A stretch of DNA of 64,000 nt from positions 14,142 through 78,141 of the forward strand of contig JAJZRL010000003.1 of NCBI GenBank assembly GCA_021802705.1, written 5' to 3'. Positions 1 through 9,689 of the stretch are shown piece after piece (position 1 is the first letter of the stretch; each line of letters opens with the position of its first letter). The stretch is from a bacterium (GTDB lineage: Bacteria > Patescibacteriota > Minisyncoccia > Phycocordibacterales > Phycocordibacteraceae). A program made the position numbers and the translations under genes. The notes under the pieces were generated by a model. The model did not search any database and had not been told where the DNA came from. It saw nothing but the letters and a program-made list of their open reading frames with translations.

Positions 1-27
1 ATCTGACGTGCTTTGGGAAGTATTCAT

Positions 28-99
28 TCCGCGGTAGCTCAGTGGTAGAGCGGCTCGCTGTTAACGAGTTGGTCGTAGGTTCGAATCCTACCCGCGGAG
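28..99 (+). tRNA. tRNA-Asn(GTT)
   Basis: Acceptor stem TCCGCGG/CCGCGGA, D-arm TAGCTCAGTGGTAGAGC, anticodon arm CTCG-CT-GTT-AA-CGAG, T-loop GGTTCGAATCC; CCA not encoded. Confidence 0.96.
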
Positions 100-107
100 C
101 TGGAACG

Positions 108-143
108 AAAACGAAAGAGACCCGCAAGGGTCTCTTTCGTTTT
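108..143. terminator. intrinsic terminator after tRNA-Asn
   Basis: Perfect hairpin AAAACGAAAGAGACCC-GCAA-GGGTCTCTTTCGTTTT. Confidence 0.85.
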
Positions 144-264
144 ATCGGGAGCGACAAACGCTGCGTACTGCCGGAGTACGATTGGACAAAGTCATCATAT
201 GATATGGTGGATAATGGATGGTGAATAGTTCACCATTGTCTTCACAACGTTAGGAGTGAGAATC

Positions 265-855
265 ATGCAGATAGTGCAGCGTCAAGACCAAGTGCCACAG
301 GGTAAGACGAGGGGGACGCAAGTCAAATCCTCGTCGGTCATGCAACAACAAATGGCCCTCAGTCAGGGGATTATCCCTGCTGTGCGCGGAGAGTATTACA
401 GCTATGCTTCCGTGTTCACGGAAGAGCGACCACTTTACGCACTGATGAAGTGTAAGTCCAACAAGGCGCGTCTTATTGGCGAGCTTTCCGTCTTGGGTCC
501 GGAGGCCACCGCATTCTTCCAATTTAATGGGGCGGGTCCGCGCATCCTTTCCCTCAAGAAAGCGTTTGCCTCCGGTCTGTTGGAGAGCATGCAGCCAACA
601 GGTGCCTTCGGCGATGTCTGGTTCGCTCCGACCACGCTTACTGCCGAACAGTTCATGAAGCTGTGGACCAGCAAGAAGACGGGAGATCTCGTGAGCGCAT
701 GCCAACACGCGCTCTCGGGTCGCCAAGTCACAACCGAGTTGCGCGAAGAGTTAGTCGTGGCCATGATGACTGATAGCGGGAAATACGGCATGTTTCTCGT
801 CGAAGAGGTCACGATGTCCTCTGTCTTGATCGAGGCGTGCCACATCCAACATTGA
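265..855 (+). CDS. hypothetical protein
   Basis: Long ORF with AGGAG RBS before ATG 265 and an upstream sigma70-like promoter; no recognisable motif. Confidence 0.7.
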   Translation: MQIVQRQDQVPQGKTRGTQVKSSSVMQQQMALSQGIIPAVRGEYYSYASVFTEERPLYALMKCKSNKARLIGELSVLGPEATAFFQFNGAGPRILSLKKAFASGLLESMQPTGAFGDVWFAPTTLTAEQFMKLWTSKKTGDLVSACQHALSGRQVTTELREELVVAMMTDSGKYGMFLVEEVTMSSVLIEACHIQH

Positions 856-1442
856 GTACTATCTGCTCGTGACGGGAGCCGCGATTATCGCGCTATTTGG
901 CATTCTTCTCGACAGCATTCCGGTACTCATCGCCGCCATGATCGTGGCTCCGCTCATTCAGCCAGCCGATCATCGTGGCTGCGTATGGCCTCGTGAGCGG
1001 CAAATACATGTACATCGGGAGGGCAGTAAAAACGTTCGGACTTTCCATACTTGCGGTCGTTATTGTTGCCGTCATCGGGATACAGATTTTTCATTTTGTT
1101 GCCGTTCCGCTTGAGGACAGGGCGTTTATCTCGTTCGTTCCGGAACCGACATCAGCCCTGGTCATCGCCTTCGTCGGCGGGCTTTTTGCCACGCTCGGCA
1201 TTTTCTCCAAACGCATCGATAGCATTATCGTGGGCATCGGCATTGCCGTATCGCTCATGCCGCCGCTGGTCGCTTCGAGCATCGGGATAGTTGTCGGTTT
1301 GGGCGACCTCACGATTCGCGCCGCGACTATCTTTGGTCTCAATGTCGTCGGTATTTTTGCCGGCAGCGCGCTCATGCTTTTCCTCATGCGCAAGAATATT
1401 TTCAATTTCCGCAGATATTTGGAAGAACATCTAGCTGAGTAA
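839..1442 (+). pseudogene. DUF389/TIGR00341-family membrane protein, 5'-truncated and frameshifted
   Basis: Motifs IAAMIVAPL and GIGIAVSLMPPL are split over two frames; a 4-bp duplication (AGCC AGCC, ~960-967) explains the shift. Confidence 0.75.
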
Positions 1443-1445
1443 TCT

Positions 1446-1632
1446 ATGAAATCGGACAAAATGACGACAGAGCGGTTCTTGCACACCCATGGCGATCGTC
1501 ATCGGCATCGTCTTGGTATGGCGAGGCATCTGGTACGTGGGGTGCTTGGCGGTGAAACCGCCAAGCAAAAATCTCGATTCTTCGGTTTCGTCTTTATCCG
1601 TCTCACATTTTGCGGGTTTGAGGCGGATTTGA
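1446..1632 (+). pseudogene. small WRGIW-motif membrane protein, frameshifted and interrupted by a palindrome
   Basis: MKSDKMTTERFLHT, then +1 frame MAIVIGIVLVWRGIWYV; hydrophobic character stops at the 1543-1567 palindrome. Confidence 0.45.
1543..1567. repeat. palindromic element copy 1 (core CTTGGCGGTGAAACCGCCAAG)
   Basis: Identical 21-bp core at 33494 and 56043. Confidence 0.9.
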
Positions 1633-1731
1633 GCTAACCTGTATCGCACACGTAACAAAAACCCTCTGTTCCGGACCGCAAAAGCGATATGGAGACAGAG
1701 GGTGGAAGGCTCGACTCGGAGCCGTAAAGGA

Positions 1732-2346
1732 TCAGTGAGAGATTATGTAGTTGCCGGGACACCACACGCGCGGATACGAAACCGGAGACGCTTTTATATT
1801 CCATCCTTTCCTGAACCAGAAAGCGTTGATGGCATACGCGAGACCTCTTGCATTTTCTACATAGAAAATGAAGTCTTTGGAGCGGTCCGCCACCTTCAAA
1901 AACTCGAAGACATGCGCAAAGGATACGCGAGCTTTCCTTATCTCCGGAAAGTTTCGGTCGCCAAGGTCGGCAAGGATCGATCTGTCCATCGACGACCTGA
2001 GCAGCCTGTGCTGTCTGACTGTCATAGCCGGGACATTCTCCTCAACAAGGTCGGGAAAACCGATCCTGAGTTCGCTGTCGAGGTAGATGATCGGCAATTC
2101 GCTGTTTACATCTATCCTGAGCTTGTCGCGTACCGCGAAGCGCTTGACCGACGGAAGACCGATCGGATCGCCTGTCTCTTTGAGAAAACCCCCAAGAACC
2201 GTATCCGAAGCGGATTTTCCGGTTTCGACTTCAACAGTCGCTTCACCGCACAGAAACGCGCGGACGGGGCTGCCCGCGCAACCGACCGTCCTGACGCTTG
2301 TTCCGTCATTGGTGAGGCCGGCCATTGCAAATCGATTTTGGGACAT
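1732..2346 (-). CDS. hypothetical protein (CPR-type family with Trp-rich C-terminus)
   Basis: 204-aa ORF, AGGAG RBS, downstream hairpin at ~1660-1702. Confidence 0.75.
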   Translation of the reverse strand: MSQNRFAMAGLTNDGTSVRTVGCAGSPVRAFLCGEATVEVETGKSASDTVLGGFLKETGDPIGLPSVKRFAVRDKLRIDVNSELPIIYLDSELRIGFPDLVEENVPAMTVRQHRLLRSSMDRSILADLGDRNFPEIRKARVSFAHVFEFLKVADRSKDFIFYVENARGLAYAINAFWFRKGWNIKASPVSYPRVWCPGNYIISH

Positions 2347-2667
2347 GACATATGCTCCTATGGGCTAACGCCCGTGAATGACTCCTCTCTCCCCGAGGCA
2401 TGGGGGCCTGGCGAGTCGTTCGCCACAGCAGGAAATGGCCGCGTTCAAGCCGCCGCTTCCTGCTGTGGCGAATACCTGTTTGTTCAAAGAGCTTCCAACT
2501 GAGAAAATATAGCCCATTTACGTATAAGTGTCAAATTCTCCAAAGTGGATTTGACATCATAGTTCACCTGTGATATAAGAGGAATCAGGTCGAGCTTTTC
2601 TAGCTCGTTTATGAACATTCACAACGTTCCTTCACGTCCTTCCCCGTGAAGGATGAGGAGAAACAGT

Positions 2668-3252
2668 ATGGACGCAAGCGTGCTGCAAAACCTGAGCATC
2701 GAGCAAATTATCGATGTTCTCAAAGAGAAAGTGGGCAAAGAAGAGACCGTGCGTTTTCTTCTTCGGGAAAAGATGGGCATCAGTACCGTAAGGCTCGGCA
2801 CAGGACCAAGGAACGCACGGGCGTTTTGCGAAGCTCTGAGTTCCGACGGTTTTTCCATCGATAAAGAGATAAGAGATATTCCCGACTCCCCCGCTCTTAT
2901 AGCGCTCGATAGAGGAATAAACGTCGATGTCGTCGATGTCTCGGTAAAAGATCTGGGATGCCCGGCTGGCGCGCGATACAAAGAAGTCTGCATGCGCGGG
3001 CTTGATCTGGGGTACAGACTCTGTCCTCCCGAGCTCGCTTATCAGTTACGCCGGCAATACGTAAACCAGCCGGTCGGCGAGCGCCTTTATCTTGCGATGA
3101 AGAGCGTTGTCGATTCGTATGGCAACCAAAGAATCTTCGCGGTTGGATGCGACGAGAACGGCCCTTATTTCGGGCTTGATCGCGGCGGTCTCGATGAATT
3201 CTGGTTCGCCAGTCGTCGCTTCGTCTTTATCCGCCCGCGTCGAATGAACTGA
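2668..3252 (+). CDS. conserved hypothetical protein (LG..LCP.E...LR.QY..QP.GE motif)
   Basis: ORF with GAGGAG RBS, TTGACA promoter at ~2551 and terminator at 3263. Confidence 0.8.
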   Translation: MDASVLQNLSIEQIIDVLKEKVGKEETVRFLLREKMGISTVRLGTGPRNARAFCEALSSDGFSIDKEIRDIPDSPALIALDRGINVDVVDVSVKDLGCPAGARYKEVCMRGLDLGYRLCPPELAYQLRRQYVNQPVGERLYLAMKSVVDSYGNQRIFAVGCDENGPYFGLDRGGLDEFWFASRRFVFIRPRRMN

Positions 3253-3262
3253 AATCTTAACC

Positions 3263-3304
3263 AAGCCTCGTATCCGTTCTGTGTTTACGGATACGAGGTT
3301 TTTT
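3263..3304 (+). terminator. intrinsic terminator
   Basis: CCTCGTATCCGT...ACGGATACGAGG followed by a T-run. Confidence 0.8.
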
Positions 3305-3415
3305 GTATCCTGTCCGCAGAATCCCACAAGGTGCCAATTTCGGATAAATTTGACTTCTATATGACTGTATGGTATTTGAACATCAGACTTGAACTCAACA
3401 AAAAAGGAGGTAGCT

Positions 3416-3676
3416 ATGGAGGAAGCGTTCTTGCAGCCGAGGTACGTAAACGGAGCAGAAATCGAGATCCGATTCAGCGGGGCCTGGTATGCCGCCACTG
3501 TCATCCGGACGCATGCTTATGTCATCGTATACCGTCTCGAAGAAGAGGGAAAGCGGCAAGCCGGCTTCACACGATACGCATTCGGATTGTTCGAGAAGCC
3601 CTGCTTTATCACGTACCCGAAAGGATACGAGGGGCAGATTAGCCGGTTCAGTCCGAATATCCGTCCCAGGAGATAA
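3416..3676 (+). CDS. hypothetical protein
   Basis: AGGAGG RBS; TTGACT-N17-TATGGT/TATTTG promoter upstream. Confidence 0.7.
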   Translation: MEEAFLQPRYVNGAEIEIRFSGAWYAATVIRTHAYVIVYRLEEEGKRQAGFTRYAFGLFEKPCFITYPKGYEGQISRFSPNIRPRR

Positions 3677-3742
3677 TCCGTAATCAGCGATCATTTCATT
3701 TATCGTGCATCCTGCCTTTTGGCAGGAAAGAAAGGAGCTATC

Positions 3743-3931
3743 ATGGGAAACGCGTTGAGAGAATGCCTTGCAGAGCTTCTCGAACACATGGAAAACCTGA
3801 ATTCAACCTTCCCCGATACGGAGGAATTCTTGAGAAGGAGGGGGTTGGAGAATGTACGCGACCTGAACGAAAGGGAGAGAAAAGAGCTCTTCGAGTTTTT
3901 GGAAACAAGGTACAAAAAACTCTTGAATTAA
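3743..3931 (+). CDS. small hypothetical protein
   Basis: AAGGAG RBS, charged helical 62-aa product, terminator at ~3945-3974. Confidence 0.65.
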   Translation: MGNALRECLAELLEHMENLNSTFPDTEEFLRRRGLENVRDLNERERKELFEFLETRYKKLLN

Positions 3932-4021
3932 AAACGAAACATGGCGCCGCCGGATCCTGGACCGGCGGTTTTTTGTTGCCGGTTGAAAGTAAAAAGAGCC
4001 ACGAGGGCTCTTTTGATGGAA

Positions 4022-4195
4022 TTACCTTTCACTGTTTTCTTTTTCGGCAAGGAATCGCTCTTCCAAGCGCGCGATCACTTGAGCCGGATCATCGCTTTCT
4101 CCTCTGAGGAAACTTCGGAATGATTCCTGCTCTACCGCAATGACAACTTCTTGCGAGCCATTCAATGAGACGGTATCTATGTTGTCTATCAACAT
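4022..4195 (-). CDS. small hypothetical protein (57 aa, MLIDNIDTVSLNGSQEVV...), not in the ORF track
   Basis: GAGGAG RBS and TTGCCT-N17-TATGGT promoter; read manually on the minus strand. Confidence 0.6.
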   Translation of the reverse strand: MLIDNIDTVSLNGSQEVVIAVEQESFRSFLRGESDDPAQVIARLEERFLAEKENSER

Positions 4196-4445
4196 CACTA
4201 TTCTCCTCTAATTTAAAGAACGCATTGCGCTTGACTGTCCGATCTTTCCGGCCAGTCGTTCGGTACCATACACCCTTTATATGCAGGAGGCAATAGTCTC
4301 TGAGGATCAATATGGGGATTCCCCTACGTGACGCCATTCTGCGTTTCCAAACGTTCCGTTATGTTAGAATCAGCTCACCGGACTTCCCGGGGTCTTCAAT
4401 TGATTATACGTACTTATTATTTACAAGTTAAGTTCATCACACACT

Positions 4446-5102
4446 ATGCGCTTCCTTAAAAACCCTCGTTTCCTTTCCCTCGCGGTCGGTTCCGCCGTCG
4501 CGATGAGCCTTGTCGGAAACATTCCTGTCGCACAAGCGGCAACGCTCAGCACTGTCCAGATACAGGCCATCCTCAATCTCTTGCAGGCATTCAATGCGGA
4601 TGCGACGACGATCGCAAACGTACAAGCCGCGCTCGAAAACACCGCAACGTCCACGCAATCAGTGCTTCCACCGACCGGTTCGAGCTCGGAAGGACAAGCT
4701 TCTTCGTCACCGAGCGGAAGCCCTTGTTTCGTGTTTACGAACACGTTTAGCATCGGCTCTACCGACCGATCAACGGAAGGAGAAGTGTCCCGCCTGCAGG
4801 CCTTCCTCGGGAAATACAAGAGCATCTACCCCGAAGACGCCGTTACCGGCTTCTTCGGATCATCGACCCTGGCAGCCGTACAGAAATGGCAGGCCGAACA
4901 TGGCATCGTTTCATCCGGCAGCCCGGACTCTACCGGATTCGGAACTGTCGGACCATTGACCCGCGAAGACATGAATAAAGAGATGGAAAGAGAATGTGAG
5001 AATGGAGACATGTCCTCGTCTTCCTCCGACTCGACCGCATCCTCTTCTGACTCGTCAACGTCTTCTACGACATCCCAGGATTCGAGCTCGGGAGATAATT
5101 AA
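4446..5102 (+). CDS. secreted peptidoglycan-binding-domain protein
   Basis: Signal peptide, GEVSRLQAFL...TGFFGSSTLAAVQKWQ...VGPLTR (PG_binding_1 pattern), Ser-rich tail. Confidence 0.85.
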   Translation: MRFLKNPRFLSLAVGSAVAMSLVGNIPVAQAATLSTVQIQAILNLLQAFNADATTIANVQAALENTATSTQSVLPPTGSSSEGQASSSPSGSPCFVFTNTFSIGSTDRSTEGEVSRLQAFLGKYKSIYPEDAVTGFFGSSTLAAVQKWQAEHGIVSSGSPDSTGFGTVGPLTREDMNKEMERECENGDMSSSSSDSTASSSDSSTSSTTSQDSSSGDN

Positions 5103-5118
5103 TCTTCTCTTCACCCTT

Positions 5119-5153
5119 AAAAACACACTCGCGACTATCGCGAGTGTGTTTTT
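5119..5153. terminator. bidirectional terminator
   Basis: AAAAACACACTCGCGA-CTA-TCGCGAGTGTGTTTTT between convergent genes. Confidence 0.85.
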
Positions 5154-6745
5154 TATTTTCCCGCCGGGATCGGTAACGTAACGACGAAAGTCGAGCCCTT
5201 CCCTTCCCCTTCGCTTTCAGCGTAGATGGTACCGCCATGAGCGATAACGATGTTCTTCGCGATAAAGAGCCCGTAACCGGTCGAATGGGTGTTTACCCTC
5301 TGCGAGTTTCTGCCATGGCCTCCTTCGGTAAAAAGCCGTTTTTTATCTTCGCCCGTGATGCCGACGCCGGTATCCTTTACGGCAAAGACGAAATTGCCGC
5401 TTTCTCGCTTGAGAGAAACGACGATGGAACCGGAGGGGGTGTAATTGATGGCATTGTCGATGAGATTGCGAAATACGTGATCGCCGATTTCTCCCTTATC
5501 ACCAACGAAAACAAAGGAAGCATCCGAACCGTCTGTAACGAAAGAGAGGTCGAGCCCCTTCTCTTCTGCGCTTGATCTTGCTTTTTCGACTTCTTCTGCC
5601 GCGAGTTGTGCGAGATCGAAAGGTTCTTTCTTATATTCCGTCGTCCCCTTCTTCTGATTCGACGCTTTGAGGATATCGGTAACCGCGACCAAATTCTCGC
5701 GCGATTGAGCGAGAGCGCGATCGACAAAAGGCCTCAATGCGTCCGGAAGAGCGCCGAGATCGCCCTCGGAAAGCGCGGCGAAGGCGCCCGTGTCTTTCGT
5801 GAGGAATCCCTTGACCTCATGCCCGATGAAATGAATGAGGCCTTCCTGCCGCTCGTTTATCTCCTTGAGCTCCTCCGCGAGTTTTTCAAGATTCAACGTA
5901 TCTTGCACGATTCTTACACTTCCAATTAAAACAACAGCAAACGCGGTAATGTTGATAACAATTTCGCTTACACTCGTTGAATATAAAACATTTATGAATG
6001 TAAATACCGTGACCATGAAACCCAAGAAGGCTGTTGTCACGACCTTGAGATTGAAAAGATGGTGGCGGTAGATCGCATACGAGGTTGCAACGACAAATGG
6101 GAGAAGAAATATGGCGCCGAGCGGGATGAAGCTTGAATTGTTAAAAATGACTGGGATAAATAAGTTGAAAATGAGAAGAAGTACGAATGTAATAATCGTT
6201 CCTGTGAGCATCATAGAATATGCTTGGCGTTGTTTTTTTGGCGCTTGAATTGTTTTGCGTATCAGTTTCAAAATTGCAAAAATGACAAGCAGCGAAACCA
6301 GTGTGCCGAAGAACGCGACAGCCGGGCCAGTTTGAACAGCGATAATTTCATTGCCTGTCCCAACAGAAGTCACGCGTTCAAATACATACGGAGTAAGTGT
6401 TAAGACGGATACCACACCGGTAATAGGTATAAGAATATAAGTGTGCCACCAAGGTTGATGGTAGTTGTCATCCGGAAATGCCGATGTTAGATGAAAGAAG
6501 GTAAATGCGTGCCACGTCGCAAAGAAAATCACGCCTCGGAGCAGCAAGAATGCGAAATTCCCATTGGGAAATTGGTAATAAGAATAATTCACTATGCTCC
6601 AAAAAATAGAAATGATTGCGAAGTAAAAAAACGAACGGTTCGTCGTCGAACGAGCATTATTAAAAACAATGACAAAACCAAGAAGACCCATGCTGGCAAC
6701 CGCTATACCGACAAAAAGAAGATCGAGATGAGAAGATAGCTGCAT
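5153..6745 (-). CDS. sensor histidine kinase with multi-TM (HisKA_7TM-like) input domain
   Basis: Multiple N-terminal TM helices; H-box GHEVK, N-box NLIDNAINYT, DTGVG, GYGLFI, GKGSTF. Confidence 0.92.
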   Translation of the reverse strand: MQLSSHLDLLFVGIAVASMGLLGFVIVFNNARSTTNRSFFYFAIISIFWSIVNYSYYQFPNGNFAFLLLRGVIFFATWHAFTFFHLTSAFPDDNYHQPWWHTYILIPITGVVSVLTLTPYVFERVTSVGTGNEIIAVQTGPAVAFFGTLVSLLVIFAILKLIRKTIQAPKKQRQAYSMMLTGTIITFVLLLIFNLFIPVIFNNSSFIPLGAIFLLPFVVATSYAIYRHHLFNLKVVTTAFLGFMVTVFTFINVLYSTSVSEIVINITAFAVVLIGSVRIVQDTLNLEKLAEELKEINERQEGLIHFIGHEVKGFLTKDTGAFAALSEGDLGALPDALRPFVDRALAQSRENLVAVTDILKASNQKKGTTEYKKEPFDLAQLAAEEVEKARSSAEEKGLDLSFVTDGSDASFVFVGDKGEIGDHVFRNLIDNAINYTPSGSIVVSLKRESGNFVFAVKDTGVGITGEDKKRLFTEGGHGRNSQRVNTHSTGYGLFIAKNIVIAHGGTIYAESEGEGKGSTFVVTLPIPAGK

Positions 6746-6748
6746 AAA

Positions 6749-7816
6749 TTACACGAATACAATATCAGGTGTACGGTGGCGATATGTTACAGCTGTCGGC
6801 TCATTGCCCACACCAATACGAAAGACAAGGACGGGCTCGTGGTCCTGATTGACGTGATTTTTAATGATCATGTAAGCTGCTCGGACACGCTCCTTTTCAC
6901 TCTCGCTGAAGATAGCACTGTTGTTTTCCATAGAACGTACGAGGAACGTGATGCCAGTCACGATTTGCATTGATAGTCCTCGCGCGGTTGCAAGAAGCCA
7001 TATACGCTCAAGCGCTTTACCTATCTCAAGATAGGTAACCCGATCCGTATGTGGCGCAGTGATTACACCCAATGCAGACGCCGCAGCATTTTGTTGCGCA
7101 TTCGTTTTTGCAACAATTTGTGAAAAGCCTATCTTGGTAAATAGCTTTGCAAAACTCCAATGTTTCAGAAGTCGGAATAATATTTGAGCAGGTGGCGGTA
7201 ATTCCAGCGTCTTGATGTAAAGTCCCTGTTTCCCCGATCGATTCTCTTTTTCGGACCAGAAGATGTTTTCAAAAAAAAGTTTGTGCAACGTGTGATTTCC
7301 AAGCGCTACTTCCTCCATTACCGTAAGCGCTTTTGCTACCTCTGACATCGAATCTCGAGACTCAATGAGCGAGAAATCCAATTCTGTACGCTCTGAGAGA
7401 AACGAATCAAGAATAGCGGTCCTCGTTTCTTTTGATAATGGAACCTTTTTATACGGTTTTCTGTTGGTGTGCCGTTTAAATATCGATTTCTGAAGAAACT
7501 CATCAGTTTTATCCAATCTTCCACCAACCTTAAGCTCCATCACAGCAACACAGGACCCATCTTCATGGAGTACAGTATGCGGCACGTATCCTTGTGCGCG
7601 TGCCTCAAGCTCAGCGTTCTGTAAGGCGGCGCCAAGCGCAATGAGAGTCCCTCCTTCTTTATAATTTAAGATCGGATTGTCTTTTTCGGGAAGGGCGTAA
7701 AATTCAATAGAGCTATCCTGTACGACAAAACGCCACGGCTGAGAATTATCTCCTGAAGGAGCGGCGGCTGCGGCAGTAAGTATCTTTGTTACTTTCTCTT
7801 TGTACGCCGTATCCAT
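6749..7816 (-). CDS. nitroreductase-family (Acg-like) FMN oxidoreductase
   Basis: APSGDNSQPWRF, RHTNRKPY, G...ERIWLLATARGL, FRIG motifs. Confidence 0.9.
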   Translation of the reverse strand: MDTAYKEKVTKILTAAAAAPSGDNSQPWRFVVQDSSIEFYALPEKDNPILNYKEGGTLIALGAALQNAELEARAQGYVPHTVLHEDGSCVAVMELKVGGRLDKTDEFLQKSIFKRHTNRKPYKKVPLSKETRTAILDSFLSERTELDFSLIESRDSMSEVAKALTVMEEVALGNHTLHKLFFENIFWSEKENRSGKQGLYIKTLELPPPAQILFRLLKHWSFAKLFTKIGFSQIVAKTNAQQNAAASALGVITAPHTDRVTYLEIGKALERIWLLATARGLSMQIVTGITFLVRSMENNSAIFSESEKERVRAAYMIIKNHVNQDHEPVLVFRIGVGNEPTAVTYRHRTPDIVFV

Positions 7817-7819
7817 ATT

Positions 7820-8941
7820 CTAGAGACCTATTGCGGCAAAGAAACCCGCGCGCGCTTTTTCGCGAGCAATTTTCACGTGCGGTGCATGATATTCCGGATC
7901 AAGGAGCGCATCGAGACTAATCTCGCATTTCTCTTCGTTCACGATCTGCCCAAGCGCGAGCCGCTTCAAGATATAGGAGATGGCAACGCCCGAAAGCGTC
8001 GCGGCATCGCCGAGCTGCGGCCAGGAATAAATCTCGCGGCCGACCTGGAGGAGCGAGCTCATCATGCGTTCGGTCACAAGCTCGGGACCGGCGATCTTCG
8101 TCGCCAGTTTGGGCAAGTCAGACGGTATAAACGATTTGAACATCTCTATGTTTACATCGCCGATGACGCCATTGAAAAGCTGTTTCGTCTTGACCGTATC
8201 AAAGCGTTCCACCTCAACGATAATGTTGTCGCCGTTATCGGTCGCCATAACGACCGGAATGCCGCGCTCGCGAGCCGCGAGCCGCAACCGTATCTTCATC
8301 TCAAGATTGTCAGTCTCCTCAACGAGGACATCAGCATCCTCGAGGAAGGCACTCATGGTTTCTTCCGTAACGCCTGAATCGAATGTTTCGATCTCGGCAT
8401 AGGGATTCAGCTGATAAATATACTCACGCACCAGATCGGTCTTTTTCCGGCCGAGATCGAGAAAGTCAAAGCGAATGCGGTTTAAGTTTGAGGGTGAGAC
8501 CTCGTCCGGATCGGCAATTTTTATATGACGCGCGCCGCCCATGAGCGCGAACGTAAGGGCGCCATGACTGCCAACGCTTAGCCCTGCGTATGCGACCGTT
8601 AGGCCATACAGTTTCTTCTGTTCTTCTTTCGTAATAATGTTTCGGTTACGCGCGGTGCGTATTTCCTGATGCTCGTCGTGTGGCAGATAATGCACGAGGA
8701 TCTTGTTCCACGGAAAGAAAAACCATTCTCCCACTTCTTCAATCGGCTTCTCTCCGCAATACTCTTTCGTGAACGCTTCGACTTCAATCGCATGATCTTT
8801 GATGAATTTAAATCGCGGATTACGGATGAGAAACAAATCCTCCAAAAGGAGATTGTAGCGATCAATTACTTTTGACGGTTGAAGACGGTCGCGAAAGGCT
8901 GAAAACGATTCCTTTAATCGGTCAAGTCGTTCTGGCTGCAT
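7820..8941 (-). CDS. ThiF/E1-like adenylyltransferase (Rv1355c-like)
   Basis: RTARNRN.IT.EEQ, AGLSVGS, ADPDEVSPSNLNRI, WPQL; no Zn CxxC motifs. Confidence 0.9.
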   Translation of the reverse strand: MQPERLDRLKESFSAFRDRLQPSKVIDRYNLLLEDLFLIRNPRFKFIKDHAIEVEAFTKEYCGEKPIEEVGEWFFFPWNKILVHYLPHDEHQEIRTARNRNIITKEEQKKLYGLTVAYAGLSVGSHGALTFALMGGARHIKIADPDEVSPSNLNRIRFDFLDLGRKKTDLVREYIYQLNPYAEIETFDSGVTEETMSAFLEDADVLVEETDNLEMKIRLRLAARERGIPVVMATDNGDNIIVEVERFDTVKTKQLFNGVIGDVNIEMFKSFIPSDLPKLATKIAGPELVTERMMSSLLQVGREIYSWPQLGDAATLSGVAISYILKRLALGQIVNEEKCEISLDALLDPEYHAPHVKIAREKARAGFFAAIGL

Positions 8942-9072
8942 GTTGAAATAGTAGCACGGGAACTCACGTTATTAGAACGGAGGCTGAGAAACCCCTTGAA
9001 CTCAGACACCCTGTGCAGTGCACGGATAAAGAAACGCCCGACGAATCGGGCGTTACAAAAAGAACTCAATCA

Positions 9073-9615
9073 TTATGATTTTGGCAACGAGACTATCTCA
9101 TGTGCGAAACCTAACTTGATCGCCTGATCCGCATCGAGAGTCCTCTCGTTGCGAAGAATCAGCTTCGCCTCCTTCTTGCTCGTCTTGCCGCCAGTCCTTT
9201 CTTCAATGATTCGGAAATATTTCCCTTCCTCAACCAGAAGTTCTTTCTGCATCCGTTCGGCATCGAGAGTGTCGATCTTGACTTTTTCGTCAAAACTCTG
9301 ACTCATATGGTGAAACCATAGAGTCGTTTCTGGCGTGATCACTCGATGATCGCCCATTAGATACAACAGAGGCGCGATAGAGGCAAGCCTGCCGAGTGCT
9401 ACTGTTTGAAGCTTTGGGCGAAGAATGTGGCGAACAAGTTCATATATGGCAAAGGCAGGACTTACCTTGCCGCCACCCGAGCATATAAACAAAGAGATCC
9501 AGTTTCCGCGATTTTCAAGCATCGATTTGCTGAGATCCCCGCCGAGTTTCTCCATACTCCTTCCGTTGACTTCATCAAAGAAGGTTGTTATTTGCGACGG
9601 ACTGCATTGGTGCAT
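9073..9615 (-). CDS. ClpP-family protease (orphan)
   Basis: SGGG.V, G.LASIA (catalytic Ser), WFH (catalytic His), A.KLGFAHEI; AAGGAG RBS. Confidence 0.8.
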   Translation of the reverse strand: MHQCSPSQITTFFDEVNGRSMEKLGGDLSKSMLENRGNWISLFICSGGGKVSPAFAIYELVRHILRPKLQTVALGRLASIAPLLYLMGDHRVITPETTLWFHHMSQSFDEKVKIDTLDAERMQKELLVEEGKYFRIIEERTGGKTSKKEAKLILRNERTLDADQAIKLGFAHEIVSLPKS

Positions 9616-9689
9616 GATTTCTCCTTAATCCGTGAGTGAAAGAACTGGGGAAAATATACATTAGATCTTATAATTTGTCCATACCTTGT

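Noticed and set aside
42-224. 60-aa ORF at the window start
   Set aside because: Overlaps tRNA-Asn and its terminator; spurious
4089-4337. 82-aa ORF in the track
   Set aside because: No RBS; it spans the promoter and RBS of the better-supported 4022-4195 gene
5010-5095. Ser/Thr/Asp low-complexity repeat-like sequence
   Set aside because: Ordinary disordered tail of a secreted protein, not a DNA repeat element
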